From Ottowia sp. (GTDB lineage Bacteria > Pseudomonadota > Gammaproteobacteria > Burkholderiales > Burkholderiaceae_C): a stretch of 64,000 nucleotides of DNA. Made by a program: the position numbers and the translations under genes. Below are positions 39,196 to 49,611 of the stretch, in pieces. The notes below the pieces were generated by a model. That model did no database searches, was not told where the DNA came from, and worked only from the letters and a program-made list of their open reading frames with translations. The number at the start of each line of letters is the position of its first letter. Within the stretch, counting starts at the first letter, position 1. The DNA lies in NCBI RefSeq assembly GCF_035444425.1, contig NZ_DAOMOQ010000014.1, positions 5,630 through 69,629 on the forward strand. Reading direction: 5' to 3'.

Positions 39196-41565
39196 TCACT
39201 CTTCCCGGATGACTGCGCCCCGCAACCGCAGCGCGTTGCCGATCACCGAGGCCGAGCTGAGGCACATGGCCAGCGCGGCGATCATGGGCGACAACAGCCA
39301 GCCGGTGAACGGGTACAGCAAGCCCGCGGCCAGCGGAATGCCCAGGGCGTTGTAGACGAAGGCGAAAGCCAGGTTCTGCTTCATGTTCTCCACCGTCGCC
39401 ACCGAGAGCGCGCGGGCCGTCGCAATGCCCCGCAGATCGCCCTTGACCAGCGTGAGTTGCGCGCTGTTCATCGCCACATCGGTGCCCGTGCCCATGGCAA
39501 TGCCCACATCGGTGCGGGCCAGTGCCGGCGCGTCGTTGATACCGTCACCGGCCATCGCGACCACGCGGCCCTCCGCCTGGAGTTTCTCCACGAGTTGGAG
39601 TTTGTCGGCGGGCTTCACTTCTCCGTGCACCTCGTCAATGCCCAGGCGTTGACCCACGGAGCGCGCGGTGGTGAGGCCGTCGCCGGTGGCCATGATCACG
39701 CGGATGTTCGCCTGGCGCAGCGAGGCCAGTGCGTCCGCCGTGGTGGTCTTGACCGGGTCGGACACCGCCAGCAGACCGGCCAGCGCTTGGTTCACCGCGA
39801 GAAACATGACGCTGGCGCCCTGTGCGCGCAGTGCTTCGGCCTGGGCGGCCAGGGGCGCGACGTCCACCCCCAGCTGTTGCATCAGCGCCGTGTTGCCCAA
39901 GGCCAGGGGCTTGCCGCTCACAACACCCTTGACCCCGATGCCGGACTCGGAGTCGAACTGCTCGGGCTTGTCGAGTGTGAGCCCCTGTTGCTTTGCTGCG
40001 GCCACGATGGCGGCGGCCAGCGGGTGTTCGCTGCCCTGGTCCAGGCTGGCGGCGAGGCGCAAGACCTCGTCTTCGGGGACGCTCCCGTGTCCGATGGCAC
40101 GCTCGAAGGTGGGGCGGCCTTCGGTCAGCGTGCCCGTCTTGTCGACGATCAGTGTGTCGACCTTGCGCAGGTTTTCGATGGCGGCGGCGTCGCGAAACAA
40201 GACGCCGTTGGTGGCGCCGCGCCCGGTCGCCACCATGATGGACATGGGCGTCGCCAGGCCCAACGCACAGGGGCACGCGATGATCAACACGGCCACCGCA
40301 TTGATGAGTGCGTAGACCCAGCTCGGCTCGGGTCCGAACAGACCCCAGCCGAAGAAGGTGACCAGTGCCGCGACCACGACACCCACGACAAAGTAGCCCG
40401 CCACCTGGTCGGCCATGCGCTGCATGGGCGCGCGCGAACGCTGGGCCATGGCAACCATCTGCACGATCTGCGAGAGCACGGTATCCGAGCCCACGTGCTC
40501 GGAGCGCATCACCAATGCACCGCTGGTGTTGAGCGTGGCGCCGATCAGCTTGTCACCGACCCGCTTGGTCACCGGCAGCGGCTCGCCCGTGAGCATCGAT
40601 TCGTCGAGTGCGCTGCTGCCCTCGACCACGGTGCCGTCGGTCGGCACCTTTTCGCCGGGGCGCACACGCAGCAGGTCGCCCACATGCACATGGGCCAGCG
40701 GCACGTCTTCTTCCTGCCCGTCGGCCGCGATGCGCCGCGCGGTCTTGGGCGCCAGACCCAGCAGCGAGCGGATGGCGGCCGAGGTTTGGGACCGTGCCTT
40801 GAGTTCCAGCAGCTGACCCAACAAGGTCAGCGAGATGATCACCGCCGCCGCTTCGAAGTACACCGACACCCGCCCCATCGACACAAAGGAGTCGGGGAAC
40901 ACCTGCGGCGCCACCGTGGCCACCACGCTGTACACAAACGCCGAACCGGTGCCCAGACTGATCAGCGTCCACATGTTGGGGCTGCGGTTCACGATCGACT
41001 GCGCGCCGCGCACAAAGAATGGCCAGCCGGCCCACAGCACGATCGGCACGGTCAGCACCAGCTCGATCCAGCTCTGTGTGGTCATGTCGAACCAGCCGAG
41101 GTTGTGGCCGAACATCGCCAGCACGGCGACCACCACCGTGAGCGGCAAGGTCCACCAGAACCGCCGCTGGAAGTCCACCAGCTCGGGGTTCTCCTCAGCG
41201 TCCAGTTCGGGCATGACCGGCTCCAGCGACATGCCGCATTTGGGACAGTTGCCCGGGTGGTCCTGCCGGATCTCCGGGTGCATGGGACAGGTGTAGAGCG
41301 TGCCGGGCTTGCCCTGCGGCGCGGGCGTTGGGGCTGCGTGACGCCCCACCTCGGCGTGAACAAACCGGGCCGGTTCGGCCGCAAACCGGGCTTGGCACTT
41401 CGCGCTGCAGAAATAGTAGGGCTGCCCCGCGTGCTCCAGGTGGTGTGGCGACTGCTCGGTGACCGCCATCCCGCACACGGGATCTTTCAGCCCGGTCGCA
41501 GGATGAAGTGGTTTTGACGCGCCGTTGGGGTGGCCGGCATGGTCGTGTTTTGCTTGTGTGTCCAT
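39196..41565 (-). CDS. copA: Cu(I)/Ag(I)-type P1B-ATPase with YHS and heavy-metal-binding N-terminal domains (789 aa)
   Basis: KDPVCGM..YFCS (YHS), [38 protein letters not shown] and MCLSS. Confidence 0.92.
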   Translation of the reverse strand: MDTQAKHDHAGHPNGASKPLHPATGLKDPVCGMAVTEQSPHHLEHAGQPYYFCSAKCQARFAAEPARFVHAEVGRHAAPTPAPQGKPGTLYTCPMHPEIRQDHPGNCPKCGMSLEPVMPELDAEENPELVDFQRRFWWTLPLTVVVAVLAMFGHNLGWFDMTTQSWIELVLTVPIVLWAGWPFFVRGAQSIVNRSPNMWTLISLGTGSAFVYSVVATVAPQVFPDSFVSMGRVSVYFEAAAVIISLTLLGQLLELKARSQTSAAIRSLLGLAPKTARRIAADGQEEDVPLAHVHVGDLLRVRPGEKVPTDGTVVEGSSALDESMLTGEPLPVTKRVGDKLIGATLNTSGALVMRSEHVGSDTVLSQIVQMVAMAQRSRAPMQRMADQVAGYFVVGVVVAALVTFFGWGLFGPEPSWVYALINAVAVLIIACPCALGLATPMSIMVATGRGATNGVLFRDAAAIENLRKVDTLIVDKTGTLTEGRPTFERAIGHGSVPEDEVLRLAASLDQGSEHPLAAAIVAAAKQQGLTLDKPEQFDSESGIGVKGVVSGKPLALGNTALMQQLGVDVAPLAAQAEALRAQGASVMFLAVNQALAGLLAVSDPVKTTTADALASLRQANIRVIMATGDGLTTARSVGQRLGIDEVHGEVKPADKLQLVEKLQAEGRVVAMAGDGINDAPALARTDVGIAMGTGTDVAMNSAQLTLVKGDLRGIATARALSVATVENMKQNLAFAFVYNALGIPLAAGLLYPFTGWLLSPMIAALAMCLSSASVIGNALRLRGAVIREE

Positions 41566-41759
41566 GTCTTTCCCTTCCTGGAAATTTCGAAACCCCGTGG
41601 TGCCAAACACCATCTTCCTCTCAATGGCGCGATGTGACGGAGCGCATTGGCACTTGGTGCACGTGAACGCCGCGCATGCAGGCCAGAAGGTCAACTGAGG
41701 TTGCCCCTGAAAAGTGGAGTTCTTAGCCCTTGTTGAAAATACCGACAAGGAGTTCAGAG

Positions 41760-42092
41760 ATGAGTGAAAAGCAGGTGCGTGCGCAGTACACGCGAGAGTT
41801 CAAGCTGGAGGCTGTTCGGCAGGTGCGCTCGGGTCAGCCGATTGCGGTGGTGGCCAAGGTACTGGGCATCCCCAAAGCGAGCCTGGGCAACTGGGTGCGG
41901 CTGTCAGCCAAGGGAGAATTGGACGGTGCGGGCGGTGGTGACAAGAGCATCCAAGTCTCGCCCGAGAAAATGGAGATTGCTCGGCTGCGCGCCGAGAATG
42001 CCCGGCTTCGCATGGAGCGTGACGTTGCAAAAAAAGCCGCGGCGTACTTCGCGCAGGACACGCTGCGAGGTACGCCTGGATTCACCAAATGA
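41760..42092 (+). CDS. IS3-family OrfA
   Basis: [33 protein letters not shown] zipper, and an A7G slip site at 42029-36. Confidence 0.9.
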   Translation: MSEKQVRAQYTREFKLEAVRQVRSGQPIAVVAKVLGIPKASLGNWVRLSAKGELDGAGGGDKSIQVSPEKMEIARLRAENARLRMERDVAKKAAAYFAQDTLRGTPGFTK

Positions 42093-42958
42093 GAAAGCTG
42101 TATCCGGTGAGTGTGTCCTGCGGTGTGCTGGAGGTGAGCGCGAGCGGGTACTTCAACTGGCTGCGCCGAGGCGAGTCTGGCCACGGTGGCCCTGGCCGGC
42201 GCTACAGCGACGAAGCCTTGCTGGCGCACATTCGTGCCATCCACGCCCAGGTCAAGGGCGAATACGGCTGGCCACGCATGCACAAGGAACTGCTGGCCCG
42301 AGGCATCCGTGTGGGCAAAGACCGGGTTCGCAAGCTCATGCAGCAGCACGCCATCAAGGCCAGGACGAAACGCAAGTTTGTGGTCACCACCGACAGCAGA
42401 CACAGCCTGCCGGTGGCGCCCGACCTGGTGCAGCGGCGCTTCAAGCCCGAGGAGCCCAACCAGCTCTGGAGTGGCGACATCACCTACATCCAGACCGACG
42501 AGGGCTGGCTGTACCTGGCTGCGGTCATCGACCTGTTCAGCCGTCAGGTGGTGGGCTGGAGCCTGCAGCCGCACATGCAGGCGGGCTTGGTCAAGGACGC
42601 GCTGGCCATGGCGTGGTGGCGCCGTAGACCGCCTCCTGGGGTGATATTCCACAGCGACCGGGGCAGCCAGTATTGCAGCGCAGAGTTCCAGCAGGCCCTG
42701 AAGAACTGGGGCATCCAATCATCGATGAGCCGCAAGGGGAACTGTTGGGACAACGCACCGACGGAAAGCTTCTGGGGGCGGCTGAAAACCGCCAGCGTGC
42801 ATGGGTGCAAATTCGCCACCCGTGAGCAGGCAAGTCAGGCGGTGATGGACTGGATGGCCTTCTACAATCACCGAAGGTTGCATTCGTCACTGGGCTACCT
42901 CAGCCCGATGCAATACGAGCAGCGCTGGTACGAGGCACAGCGTAAAAAGGCCGCGTGA
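42089..42958 (+). CDS. IS3-family OrfB (DDE); the OrfAB fusion would form by -1 frameshift
   Basis: WSGDITYI, FHSDRGSQY and GNCWDNAPTES; the -1 frame is open from the slip site (...[10 protein letters not shown]). Confidence 0.92.
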   Translation: MRKLYPVSVSCGVLEVSASGYFNWLRRGESGHGGPGRRYSDEALLAHIRAIHAQVKGEYGWPRMHKELLARGIRVGKDRVRKLMQQHAIKARTKRKFVVTTDSRHSLPVAPDLVQRRFKPEEPNQLWSGDITYIQTDEGWLYLAAVIDLFSRQVVGWSLQPHMQAGLVKDALAMAWWRRRPPPGVIFHSDRGSQYCSAEFQQALKNWGIQSSMSRKGNCWDNAPTESFWGRLKTASVHGCKFATREQASQAVMDWMAFYNHRRLHSSLGYLSPMQYEQRWYEAQRKKAA

Positions 42959-43021
42959 ATCGTGGGTTAAGAACTACACGAAACAGGGGCAAGGTCACAC
43001 CTCACCCTGAAGCATTGCACC

Positions 43022-43132
43022 ATGACAGCCCAGCGAAAAGGCGATTTGCCAACAAAGCTTTGCGCCTGTTGCCAGCGCCCGATGGCCTGGCGCAAAAAAT
43101 GGGCCAAGGTGTGGGACGAAGTGAAGTACTGC
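43022..43132 (+). pseudogene. DUF2256-family gene truncated after KYC
   Basis: [33 protein letters not shown]; the following sequence is IS5 transposase. Confidence 0.78.
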
Positions 43133-43718
43133 CCAGCAGTGGTATTTCGGGATGAAGCTGCACATTGGCGTGGACAGCCGCACCGGGCTGGCGCACAGCG
43201 CTGTGGTGACAGCAGCCAACGTGCACGACAAGCACCCGCTGCCCGATCTGCTGCACGGCAATGAGCAGCGTGTGTATGGCGACAGTGCCTACGCCAGCCA
43301 GAAGGCGTTGATCGGATCGAAGGCCCCCAAAGGCCCGGGACTTCACCAACCAGCGCGTGCGGAGGGGCGGCGAGATCGACGAGGCTGAGCGATCCAGGAA
43401 CCACAACAAGTCCAAGGTCCGCGCCCGGGTCGAACACGTCTTCGCTGTGGTCAAACGGCTCTGGGGCTTTGCCAAGGTGCGCTACCGGGGCCTGGCCAAG
43501 AACGCCACGCGCTCGTTTGTGGTGCTGGGTCTGGCCAACATCCACCTGGCGCGCCAGCGCCTCGTGGCATGAGTGCGCCCGCAGCGGGCGCCAAGGGCGG
43601 ATGAAGACGCCCAGAAGGGTCTCAGGTCGCCTCAGAATGCGTGATTCGCCGACCTAATCCCGCATGTCGAAATCGGCCAGCGAGGTTCGTTGAGATCTAC
43701 GGCTTGTTCAGCGCAGCC
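43133..43718 (+). mobile_element. IS5-family remnant: frameshifted 3' transposase fragment plus right end
   Basis: [21 protein letters not shown], an extra A near 43329-31, then VRARVEHVF..KVRYRGLAKN (stop 43572); end CTTGTTCAGCGCAGCC followed by TTAA. Confidence 0.85.
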
Positions 43719-44455
43719 TTAAATCCGCCGCCTGTCGCCGCGGCGGCCTGGCGGGTCAGGATGTCGCAGGTCAGGCGGATATGGGCTTCCAGCGCCAGCG
43801 CGGCGCGGGCCTCCTGCCGCGCCATCGCCGCGAGAAAGATGCTCTCGTGCTCGGCGTGCACATCGCGGTCGAAGCCCGGCGTGGCGCCGATGCGGATGGC
43901 GATGTGGCGGTAGCGCTCGCCGTGGCGGTAGAGGATGTCCAGCAGGTGCCGCGTCCAGGGTGAGCTGTGGCCCGCGATCAGGGTTTCGTGGAAGTGGCGG
44001 TTGGCGCGCTCCCACTGGTCCGGGTCGCGGCCGGCGCCGCCCTCCTCGGCCACGCTGAGCCGTGCAAAGGCCCCGCGCACCGAGCGCTCCCAGCCCGCGT
44101 CGCCGAGCCGGATCGACTGGCGCAGCGCTTCGGTTTCCAGCCGCACGCGGGTGTCGGTCAGGTCGCGCAGATCGTCCAGCGAGACCGCGCTGACGCGGTA
44201 GCCGCGCTGGCCTTCGACCGTGACCAGCGCGTCGGACACCAGCAGCGCCAGCGCCTCGCGCAGCGTGCCGGCGCCCACGCCGTAGTGGTCCTTGAGGTGC
44301 TCGACGCGCAGGCGCTGGCCCGGCTGCAGATCGCCACACACGATGTCGTGACGCAGCGCCCGGTAGGCGCGTTCGGTGAGGGTGCGCGGCTCGGGTTCGT
44401 CGCTGCGCGGCGCGGGGCCGGCGGCGTGTGCGGGTTGAAGCAGGTCTTGCAGCAT
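43697..44455 (-). CDS. GntR/FCD-family regulator (AphS/PhcS-like repressor position)
   Basis: LQPGQRLRVEHLKDHYGVGAGTLREAL wHTH and an FCD domain; immediately downstream of the DmpR-type gene; last codons lie in the IS5 end. Confidence 0.85.
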   Translation of the reverse strand: MLQDLLQPAHAAGPAPRSDEPEPRTLTERAYRALRHDIVCGDLQPGQRLRVEHLKDHYGVGAGTLREALALLVSDALVTVEGQRGYRVSAVSLDDLRDLTDTRVRLETEALRQSIRLGDAGWERSVRGAFARLSVAEEGGAGRDPDQWERANRHFHETLIAGHSSPWTRHLLDILYRHGERYRHIAIRIGATPGFDRDVHAEHESIFLAAMARQEARAALALEAHIRLTCDILTRQAAAATGGGFKAALNKP

Positions 44456-44465
44456 GGTGATGACC

Positions 44466-46145
44466 TCAATCGGCTTCCTGTTGATGCTGGCGTTTGAGCC
44501 GGTAGGCCAGCTGCGCGCGGCTCAGACCCAGCAGGCGGGCGGCGCCGGCCAGATTGCCGCGGCTGCGCTCGACCGCCAGGGCCAGCACCTGCGCCTCCAG
44601 GGTCTCGATCGGCACGCCGGCATCGAGCACCTGCGCGCACAGGCGCAGCTCGTCCTCGGGCGCACGGCGCGCCAGCCGGCCCTGCGGGTCGATGCCGTCC
44701 TGCGCCGGCTCGGACTGGTTGGGGAACAGGTGCTCGACCTCGATCACGCCGCCCTGCGCCGCCAGGATCACGCCGCGCTCGACCAGGTTCTCCAGCTCGC
44801 GCACGTTGCCGGGCCAGCGGTGGCGAGCCAGCGCTTGCAGCGCGCGGTCGCTGAAGCCGCCCAGGCGCTTCTGGTGCAGCGCGGTGAAGCGCGCCAGCAG
44901 GTGCCGAGCCAGCGGCTCGATGTCGCTGCTGCGTTCGCGCAGCGGCGGGATGCAGATCGGGTAGACGTTGAGGCGGTAGAACAGGTCGCGCCGGAACTGC
45001 CCGCGTTCGACCGCGGCTTCGAGGTTGACGTTGGTCGCCGTCACGAGGCGCACGTTGACCTTGCGCGCGCTCTCGCTGCCCAGGCGCTCGATCTCGCCCT
45101 CCTGCAGCACGCGCAGCAGCTTGGCCTGCGCCGGCAGCGACATGTCGCCCACCTCGTCGAGGAACAGCGTGCCGCCTTCGGCCCGCTCGAAGCGGCCGGC
45201 CCGCGCCGCGTGGGCACCGGTGAAGGCGCCCTTCTCGACGCCGAACAGCTCGGCCTCGATCAGCTCGGCCGGCAGCGCCGCGCAGTTGACCGCCACGAAC
45301 GGCCCGGCGGCGCGCTCGGAGTGTTCGTGCAGTGCGCGCGCGAAGCGCTCCTTGCCCACGCCGGTCTCGCCGGTGAGCAGCACCGTCACCTGCGTCGCCG
45401 CGGCGCGGCGCATCAGGTCGTGCGCGTGCTGGAAGCCCGGCGAGGAGCCGACCAGCATGCCACCCGACTCGGCCGGCTCCAGCGTGTTCTTCAACGCCTC
45501 GACCTGCTGGCTCAGCGCGGCCATCTTCTCCAGCAGCGAGTCGTCCTCGAAGTACTGGCGGTGCGCGTCACCGTCGGGCCACTCGTCGATCGGCCGGCCT
45601 TCGATCAGGCAATGGTCGTCGCCGCAGGCCGAACACTTCGTCTCCTTGTACAGGATCAGCCGGCCCATGAAGGCGCTGGTGTAGCCGCTCGCGTAACCCA
45701 GCAGGGTCCAGCAGGCCGGCTCGTCGACCACGCCGTATTGCAGCCGGTGCGCGTGCGCCTCCCAGGAGTCGTCCCAGCGGAACACGCCCTCGAAGCGGCC
45801 GGCCGCGGCGTCCATCTCCAGCCGCACCGGCGTGACGCGCGCCGCGCCTTCGAGCATGTGCAGCTGCGGCCCGACCAGGAACATGTCTTCCAGTGTCTTC
45901 TTGCCGCGCGTCTTGGCCGCGAAGCCCGCATCGTGCAGGCCGCAGGCATAGCCCATGCGCGTGAGCAGGCGCCGCGCGTGGTCCTTGCCGACCGAGGTGA
46001 TGAGGTCGTGGCGCAGCGCCGTCAGCGCCGCGGTGTGCAGCAGCACCATGCGCCGCTCGCCCAGCCAGATGGCGCCGCTGTGCGGCTCGAAGCGCAGCAG
46101 CCGGCGCAGGTCGTTGTCGGGCGGGTAGGTCAGATGGGGGTCCAA
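44466..46145 (-). CDS. dmpR: Sigma54-dependent phenol-responsive activator, DmpR/XylR family (TTG start)
   Basis: XylR_N/V4R sensor ([28 protein letters not shown]), [31 protein letters not shown] and a Fis HTH. Confidence 0.92.
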   Translation of the reverse strand: MDPHLTYPPDNDLRRLLRFEPHSGAIWLGERRMVLLHTAALTALRHDLITSVGKDHARRLLTRMGYACGLHDAGFAAKTRGKKTLEDMFLVGPQLHMLEGAARVTPVRLEMDAAAGRFEGVFRWDDSWEAHAHRLQYGVVDEPACWTLLGYASGYTSAFMGRLILYKETKCSACGDDHCLIEGRPIDEWPDGDAHRQYFEDDSLLEKMAALSQQVEALKNTLEPAESGGMLVGSSPGFQHAHDLMRRAAATQVTVLLTGETGVGKERFARALHEHSERAAGPFVAVNCAALPAELIEAELFGVEKGAFTGAHAARAGRFERAEGGTLFLDEVGDMSLPAQAKLLRVLQEGEIERLGSESARKVNVRLVTATNVNLEAAVERGQFRRDLFYRLNVYPICIPPLRERSSDIEPLARHLLARFTALHQKRLGGFSDRALQALARHRWPGNVRELENLVERGVILAAQGGVIEVEHLFPNQSEPAQDGIDPQGRLARRAPEDELRLCAQVLDAGVPIETLEAQVLALAVERSRGNLAGAARLLGLSRAQLAYRLKRQHQQEAD

Positions 46146-46240
46146 AGGTGTCTCCGGTGGGTCGCTCTGCGGCGACTGGAATCTCGATATTTTCCGCCAC
46201 GCTCCCCCAGATCGACAAGCCGGCGAAGCAGTGCCTGAAA

Positions 46241-46256
46241 TTGATCATTTGATCAC
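46241..46256. promoter_or_regulatory. Putative DmpR/XylR upstream activating sequence
   Basis: TTGATCATTTGATCAC matches 14 of 16 positions of the recalled consensus TTGATCAATTGATCAA; a weaker site lies near 46273-88. Confidence 0.7.
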
Positions 46257-46429
46257 TCGCGGCCAAAAGCGCCTCATCAAATCAAGACTTTTCCTTCGTG
46301 CTGCACCGCAACAGCTCAAGAAACAGGCTATCGAAGAGTGCCGGGCGATCCGGATGCTGCGCTGCACACCGGCTTTTTCATCAGGGATTTCCCTGAAATA
46401 TCGAGATTTTTGGCCCGACCCGGTCGGAC

Positions 46430-46444
46430 TGGCACGCCATCTGC
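46430..46444 (+). promoter_or_regulatory. Sigma54 -24/-12 promoter of the phenol hydroxylase operon
   Basis: TGGCAC-GCCAT-CTGC with GG-N10-GC spacing, 44 nt before the first ATG. Confidence 0.85.
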
Positions 46445-46487
46445 GAGAGGGGACGCGTCCGACAACGCACCGACCGCCCCCAGCACC

Positions 46488-46688
46488 ATGCCCCAGACCA
46501 CCGACACCTCCCTGCCCGCCGTCGACACCTCGCTGCGCTTCGTGCGGGTGATCGAACGCCGTGCCGACGGCCTGGTCGCCTTCGAGTTCTCGATCGGCTG
46601 GCCGGAGCTGGCGGTGGAGCTGATGCTGCCGGCCTCGGCCTTCGAGGCCTTCTGCGCCAACAACCGGGTGCAGCGTCTGGACACCTGA
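46488..46688 (+). CDS. dmpK: Phenol hydroxylase assembly subunit (K/P0, 66 aa)
   Basis: VAFEFSIGWPELAVELMLP..AFEAFCANN. Confidence 0.9.
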   Translation: MPQTTDTSLPAVDTSLRFVRVIERRADGLVAFEFSIGWPELAVELMLPASAFEAFCANNRVQRLDT

Positions 46689-46734
46689 GTTCCCGAGAGC
46701 CGTTCAACAACCATTCCAACGGAGATAAGCACCG

Positions 46735-47730
46735 ATGAACATCGACCTGCAGGCGCGGGAGATCACGCCGCTGCGCCAGACCTACGCCCACGTGGCGAAA
46801 TACATCGGCGGCGACAAGACCGCCAGCCGCTACCAGGAGGCCACCTTCGGCGCTCAGCCGATGGTCAACTTCCACTACCGGCCGACCTGGGACCCGGGCC
46901 ACGAACTCTTCGACGCCAGCCGCAGCAAGATCGTGCTGGCCGACTGGTACGTGCTCAAAGACCCGCGCCAGTTTTATTACGCCACCTGGACCATGACCCG
47001 CGCCAAGCAGCAGGACGCGATGGAGGCCAACTTCCAGTTCGTCGAGCAGCGCGGCATGGTCGGCAAGATGCCCGACGGCGTGCGCGAGAAGGCCCTGACG
47101 GTGCTGATGCCGCTGCGCCACGCGGCCTGGGGCGCCAACATGAACAACGCGTCCATCTGCGCCTACGGTTTTGGCACTGCCTTCACCGCGCCGGCCATGT
47201 TCCACGCGATGGACAACCTGGGTGTGGCGCAGTACCTGACCCGCCTGGGCCTGGTGCTGGGCGAGCCGCAGTCGCTGGAAGACGGCAAGCAGGCCTGGCT
47301 GGACGCCCCCGAGTGGCAGGGCCTGCGCCGGCTGGTCGAGGACAGCTTCGTGGTCAGCGACCCGTTCGAGCTGTTCGTGGCGCAGAACTTCGCGCTCGAC
47401 GGCCTGCTGTACCCGCTGATCTACGGTGGCTTCGTGGACGACCACGTCGCCCTGCAGGGCGGCACCGCGGTCGCGATGCTGACCAGCTTCATGCCCGAGT
47501 GGCACGACGAAACCGCGCGCTGGATCGACGCCGTCATCAAGGCCGCGGGCGCCGAATCGGACGCCAACAAAGCCCTGCTGCGCGGCTGGGCCGGCCACTG
47601 GATGGACCGCGCCCAGGCCGCCCTCTCGCCCATCGCCCGCCTGGCCCTGGGCGAGACCGGAGAAACCGTGTTGAGCGACGCCCGCGTGCAGCTGCAGGCG
47701 CGCCTGGCCAAGACCGGCGTCACCACCTGA
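46735..47730 (+). CDS. dmpL: Phenol hydroxylase beta subunit (L/P1)
   Basis: ASRYQEAT, FHYRPTWDP, KDPRQFYY and AWGANMNN. Confidence 0.95.
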   Translation: MNIDLQAREITPLRQTYAHVAKYIGGDKTASRYQEATFGAQPMVNFHYRPTWDPGHELFDASRSKIVLADWYVLKDPRQFYYATWTMTRAKQQDAMEANFQFVEQRGMVGKMPDGVREKALTVLMPLRHAAWGANMNNASICAYGFGTAFTAPAMFHAMDNLGVAQYLTRLGLVLGEPQSLEDGKQAWLDAPEWQGLRRLVEDSFVVSDPFELFVAQNFALDGLLYPLIYGGFVDDHVALQGGTAVAMLTSFMPEWHDETARWIDAVIKAAGAESDANKALLRGWAGHWMDRAQAALSPIARLALGETGETVLSDARVQLQARLAKTGVTT

Positions 47731-47755
47731 CCAGGCCTGAACAGGAGACCACAAC

Positions 47756-48025
47756 ATGTCCGACGTATTCATCGCCTTCCAGCACAACGAAGAGTCCCGT
47801 CCGGTGATCGACGCCATCGTGGCCGACAACCCGAACGCGGTGCTGACCCACCCGACCGGCCTGGTCAAGATCAACGCGCCCGGCAGCCTGACCATCCGCC
47901 GCGAAACCATCGAGGGCCTCACCGGTCGCCCCTACGACCTGCAGGCCATCCACGTCAACCTCGTCACCCTCTCGGGCTACATCGACGAGGACGACGACCA
48001 GCTCACGCTGAGCTGGAAACACTGA
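47756..48025 (+). CDS. dmpM: Phenol hydroxylase regulatory subunit (M/P2)
   Basis: IDAIVADNP and VNLVTLSGYIDEDDD. Confidence 0.93.
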   Translation: MSDVFIAFQHNEESRPVIDAIVADNPNAVLTHPTGLVKINAPGSLTIRRETIEGLTGRPYDLQAIHVNLVTLSGYIDEDDDQLTLSWKH

Positions 48026-48048
48026 ATCACGAGCAGAAGGAGACACGC

Positions 48049-49611
48049 ATGGACACGAGAGTTGCGAGCAAGAAGCTCGGCCTGAAAGAACGCTACGCCG
48101 CCATGACGCGCGGCCTGGGCTGGGAGACCAGCTACCAGCCGATGGACAAGGTGTTCCCGTACGACAAGTACGAGGGCATCAAGATCCACGACTGGGACAA
48201 GTGGCAGGACCCGTTCCGCCTGACCATGGACGCCTACTGGAAGTACCAGGGCGAGAAGGAGAAGAAGCTCTACGCCGTCATCGAGGCCTTCGCGCAGAAC
48301 AACGGCCAGCTCGGCGTGTCCGACGCGCGCTACGTCAACGCGCTCAAGCTGTTCATCCAGGGCGTGACGCCGCTGGAGTACTACGCGCACCGCGGCTTCG
48401 CCCATGTGGGCCGCCAGTTCACCGGCGAAGGCGCCCGCGTCGCGGCGCAGATGCAGTCCATCGACGAGCTGCGCCACTACCAGACCGAGACGCACGCGAT
48501 CAGCCACTACAACAAGTACTTCAACGGCATTCACCACTCGAACCACTGGTACGACCGCGTGTGGTACCTGTCGGTGCCGAAGTCCTTCTTCGAAGACGCC
48601 TGCACCAGTGGTCCGTTCGAGTTCCTCACCGCCGTCAGCTTCAGCTTCGAGTACGTGCTGACCAACCTGCTGTTCGTGCCCTTCATGAGCGGCGCGGCGC
48701 ACAACGGCGACATGTCCACCGTCACCTTCGGCTTCTCGGCGCAGAGCGACGAGAGCCGCCACATGACGCTGGGCATCGAGTGCATCAAGTTCATGCTGGA
48801 GCAGGACCCGGACAACGTGCCCATCGTGCAGCGCTGGATCGACAAGTGGTTCTGGCGCGGCTACCGCCTGCTGACCCTGGTCGCGATGATGCAGGACTAC
48901 ATGCTGCCCAAGCGCGTGATGAGCTGGAAGGAAGCCTGGGAGATGTACGCCGAAGAAAACGGCGGCGCCCTGTTCAAGGACCTGGCGCGCTACGGCATCC
49001 GCGAGCCGGCCGGCTGGAAGCAGGCCTGCGAAGGCAAGGACCACATCAGCCACCAGACCTGGGCCACCTTCTACAACTACAACGGCGCCGCCCCGTTACA
49101 CACCTGGGTGCCCAAGGAAGACGAACTGGCCTGGCTGAGCGAGAAGTACCCCGAGACCTTCGACAAGTACTACCGCCCGCGCTGGGAGTTCTGGCGCGAC
49201 CAGGCCGCCGAAGGCAAGCGCTTCTACAACAAGACGCTGCCGATGCTGTGCACCACCTGCCAGATCCCGATGCTGTTCACCGAAGAGGGTGACCCCAGCA
49301 AGATCTGCTACCGCGACAGCGACTACAAGGCCTACAAGTACCACTTCTGCAGCGACCACTGCAAGAGCATCTTCGACCACGAGCCCGAGAAGTACGTGCA
49401 GAGCTGGCTGCCGGTGCACCAGATCTACCAGGGCCACTGCTTCCCCGAAGGCACCGACCCGACCGCCGAGGGCTTCGACCCGCTGATGGCCGTGTTCAAG
49501 TACTACGAGATGGAAGTCGGCCGCGACAACTTCGACTTCGAAGGTTCGGAAGACCAGAAGAACTTTGCCGCCTGGAAGGGCGAGCCCCTGGTGCAAGGAG
49601 AGCAGAAATGA
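48049..49611 (+). CDS. dmpN: Phenol hydroxylase alpha (diiron) subunit (N/P3)
   Basis: DELRH and DESRH diiron motifs; YHS-like C-terminus (FCSDHC). Confidence 0.97.
   Translation: MDTRVASKKLGLKERYAAMTRGLGWETSYQPMDKVFPYDKYEGIKIHDWDKWQDPFRLTMDAYWKYQGEKEKKLYAVIEAFAQNNGQLGVSDARYVNALKLFIQGVTPLEYYAHRGFAHVGRQFTGEGARVAAQMQSIDELRHYQTETHAISHYNKYFNGIHHSNHWYDRVWYLSVPKSFFEDACTSGPFEFLTAVSFSFEYVLTNLLFVPFMSGAAHNGDMSTVTFGFSAQSDESRHMTLGIECIKFMLEQDPDNVPIVQRWIDKWFWRGYRLLTLVAMMQDYMLPKRVMSWKEAWEMYAEENGGALFKDLARYGIREPAGWKQACEGKDHISHQTWATFYNYNGAAPLHTWVPKEDELAWLSEKYPETFDKYYRPRWEFWRDQAAEGKRFYNKTLPMLCTTCQIPMLFTEEGDPSKICYRDSDYKAYKYHFCSDHCKSIFDHEPEKYVQSWLPVHQIYQGHCFPEGTDPTAEGFDPLMAVFKYYEMEVGRDNFDFEGSEDQKNFAAWKGEPLVQGEQK

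Larger units (their letters stand above)
41696..42997 (+). mobile_element. IS3-family insertion sequence (1302 bp), apparently intact
   Basis: IRL TGAGGTTGCCCCTGAAAAGTGGAGTTCTTAGCCC; IRR (reverse complement) TGACCTTGCCCCTGTTTCGTGTAGTTCTTAACCC; orfA and orfB inside. Confidence 0.93.

Noticed and set aside
48190-48215. DmpN reads WQDPF where I recall WEDPF
   Set aside because: A single substitution away from the diiron ligands; natural variation or a base error cannot be distinguished here.
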